Below the pieces are notes generated by a model, which saw only the letters and a program-made list of their open reading frames with translations, did no database searches and was not told where the DNA came from. Positions 13,702 through 13,927 of a DNA stretch of 13,927 nt are shown here, piece by piece (the first letter of the stretch is position 1; each line of letters opens with the position of its first letter). The position numbers and the translations under genes were made by a program. Origin of the DNA: Candidatus Cloacimonadota bacterium (GTDB taxonomy: Bacteria; Cloacimonadota; Cloacimonadia; Cloacimonadales; WRIO01); contig JAKQQL010000490.1 of NCBI GenBank assembly GCA_029564175.1, positions 1 to 13,927 on the forward strand, given 5' to 3'.

Positions 13702-13927
13702 CTGATTAAAAAATAGTAAGATAGCAAAAACAAAACTTGACAAAAAGTCTCCTTAAGTTATTGTTGTATTAGAAGATAAACAAAACAAAAAAGGAGACTC
13801 AATAAATGAAAAATTCATTTTTTAATAAATTCTGTCAAGCAAAAACTGATAATCTTCAATATTCCAATATTGATCCTCTGTTTAAATCTTTTTCGCTCAG
13901 CTCTATTTTAACGACTTTAGGTATTGC
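13680..13927 (+). mobile_element. Candidate left end of an insertion sequence (DDE transposase type), truncated by the window edge
   Basis: CTCATGTTTCCGAGTTG at 13680-13696 resembles recalled IS terminal repeats. It is followed by an internal promoter (TTGACA 13737-13742, TATTGT 13759-13764), an RBS and an ORF. The second IR and the catalytic domain are not visible. Confidence 0.4.
13806..13927 (+). CDS. N-terminal fragment of an ORF running off the window, possibly a transposase
   Basis: AAGGAG RBS, ATG 13806, open to the end: MKNSFFNKFCQAKTDNLQYSNIDPLFKSFSLSSILTTLGI. The 'IDxxFKxFxLSSIL..GI' pattern recalls N-termini of some IS4-like DDE transposases. Confidence 0.55.
   Translation, partial: MKNSFFNKFCQAKTDNLQYSNIDPLFKSFSLSSILTTLGI

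Overview
AT-rich bacterial chromosomal window, probably from an anaerobic FCB-group organism. The 'YPNPFNP...IFNIKGQKVK...VWDG' C-terminal tags together with an [FeFe]-hydrogenase suggest Cloacimonadota (inference). Order: secreted TPR protein (+), then a ~1.2 kb intergenic mosaic of REP-like palindromes and MITE-like elements. Next is a two-gene cassette of secreted proteins with 93%-identical T9SS/FlgD-Ig-type C-terminal tags (+), then pruA (P5C dehydrogenase) and a group A [FeFe]-hydrogenase as a probable operon (-). Divergent from these are the maturases hydF-hydE (+), followed by a secreted hypothetical protein that appears cut by an IS-like element running off the right edge. Most interesting: (i) the surface-protein cassette has a T12 tract in its signal-peptide codons, a (TA)6-containing leader ORF and inverted composite repeats on both flanks, a candidate phase-variable module; (ii) pruA-hydA coupling behind a structured, SD-sequestering leader; (iii) a recurrent TTGACA-N16/17-nnnnnTTG promoter form. 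No tRNA, rRNA or CRISPR seen. Family assignments come from motif recognition, not database searches; counts were made by hand.
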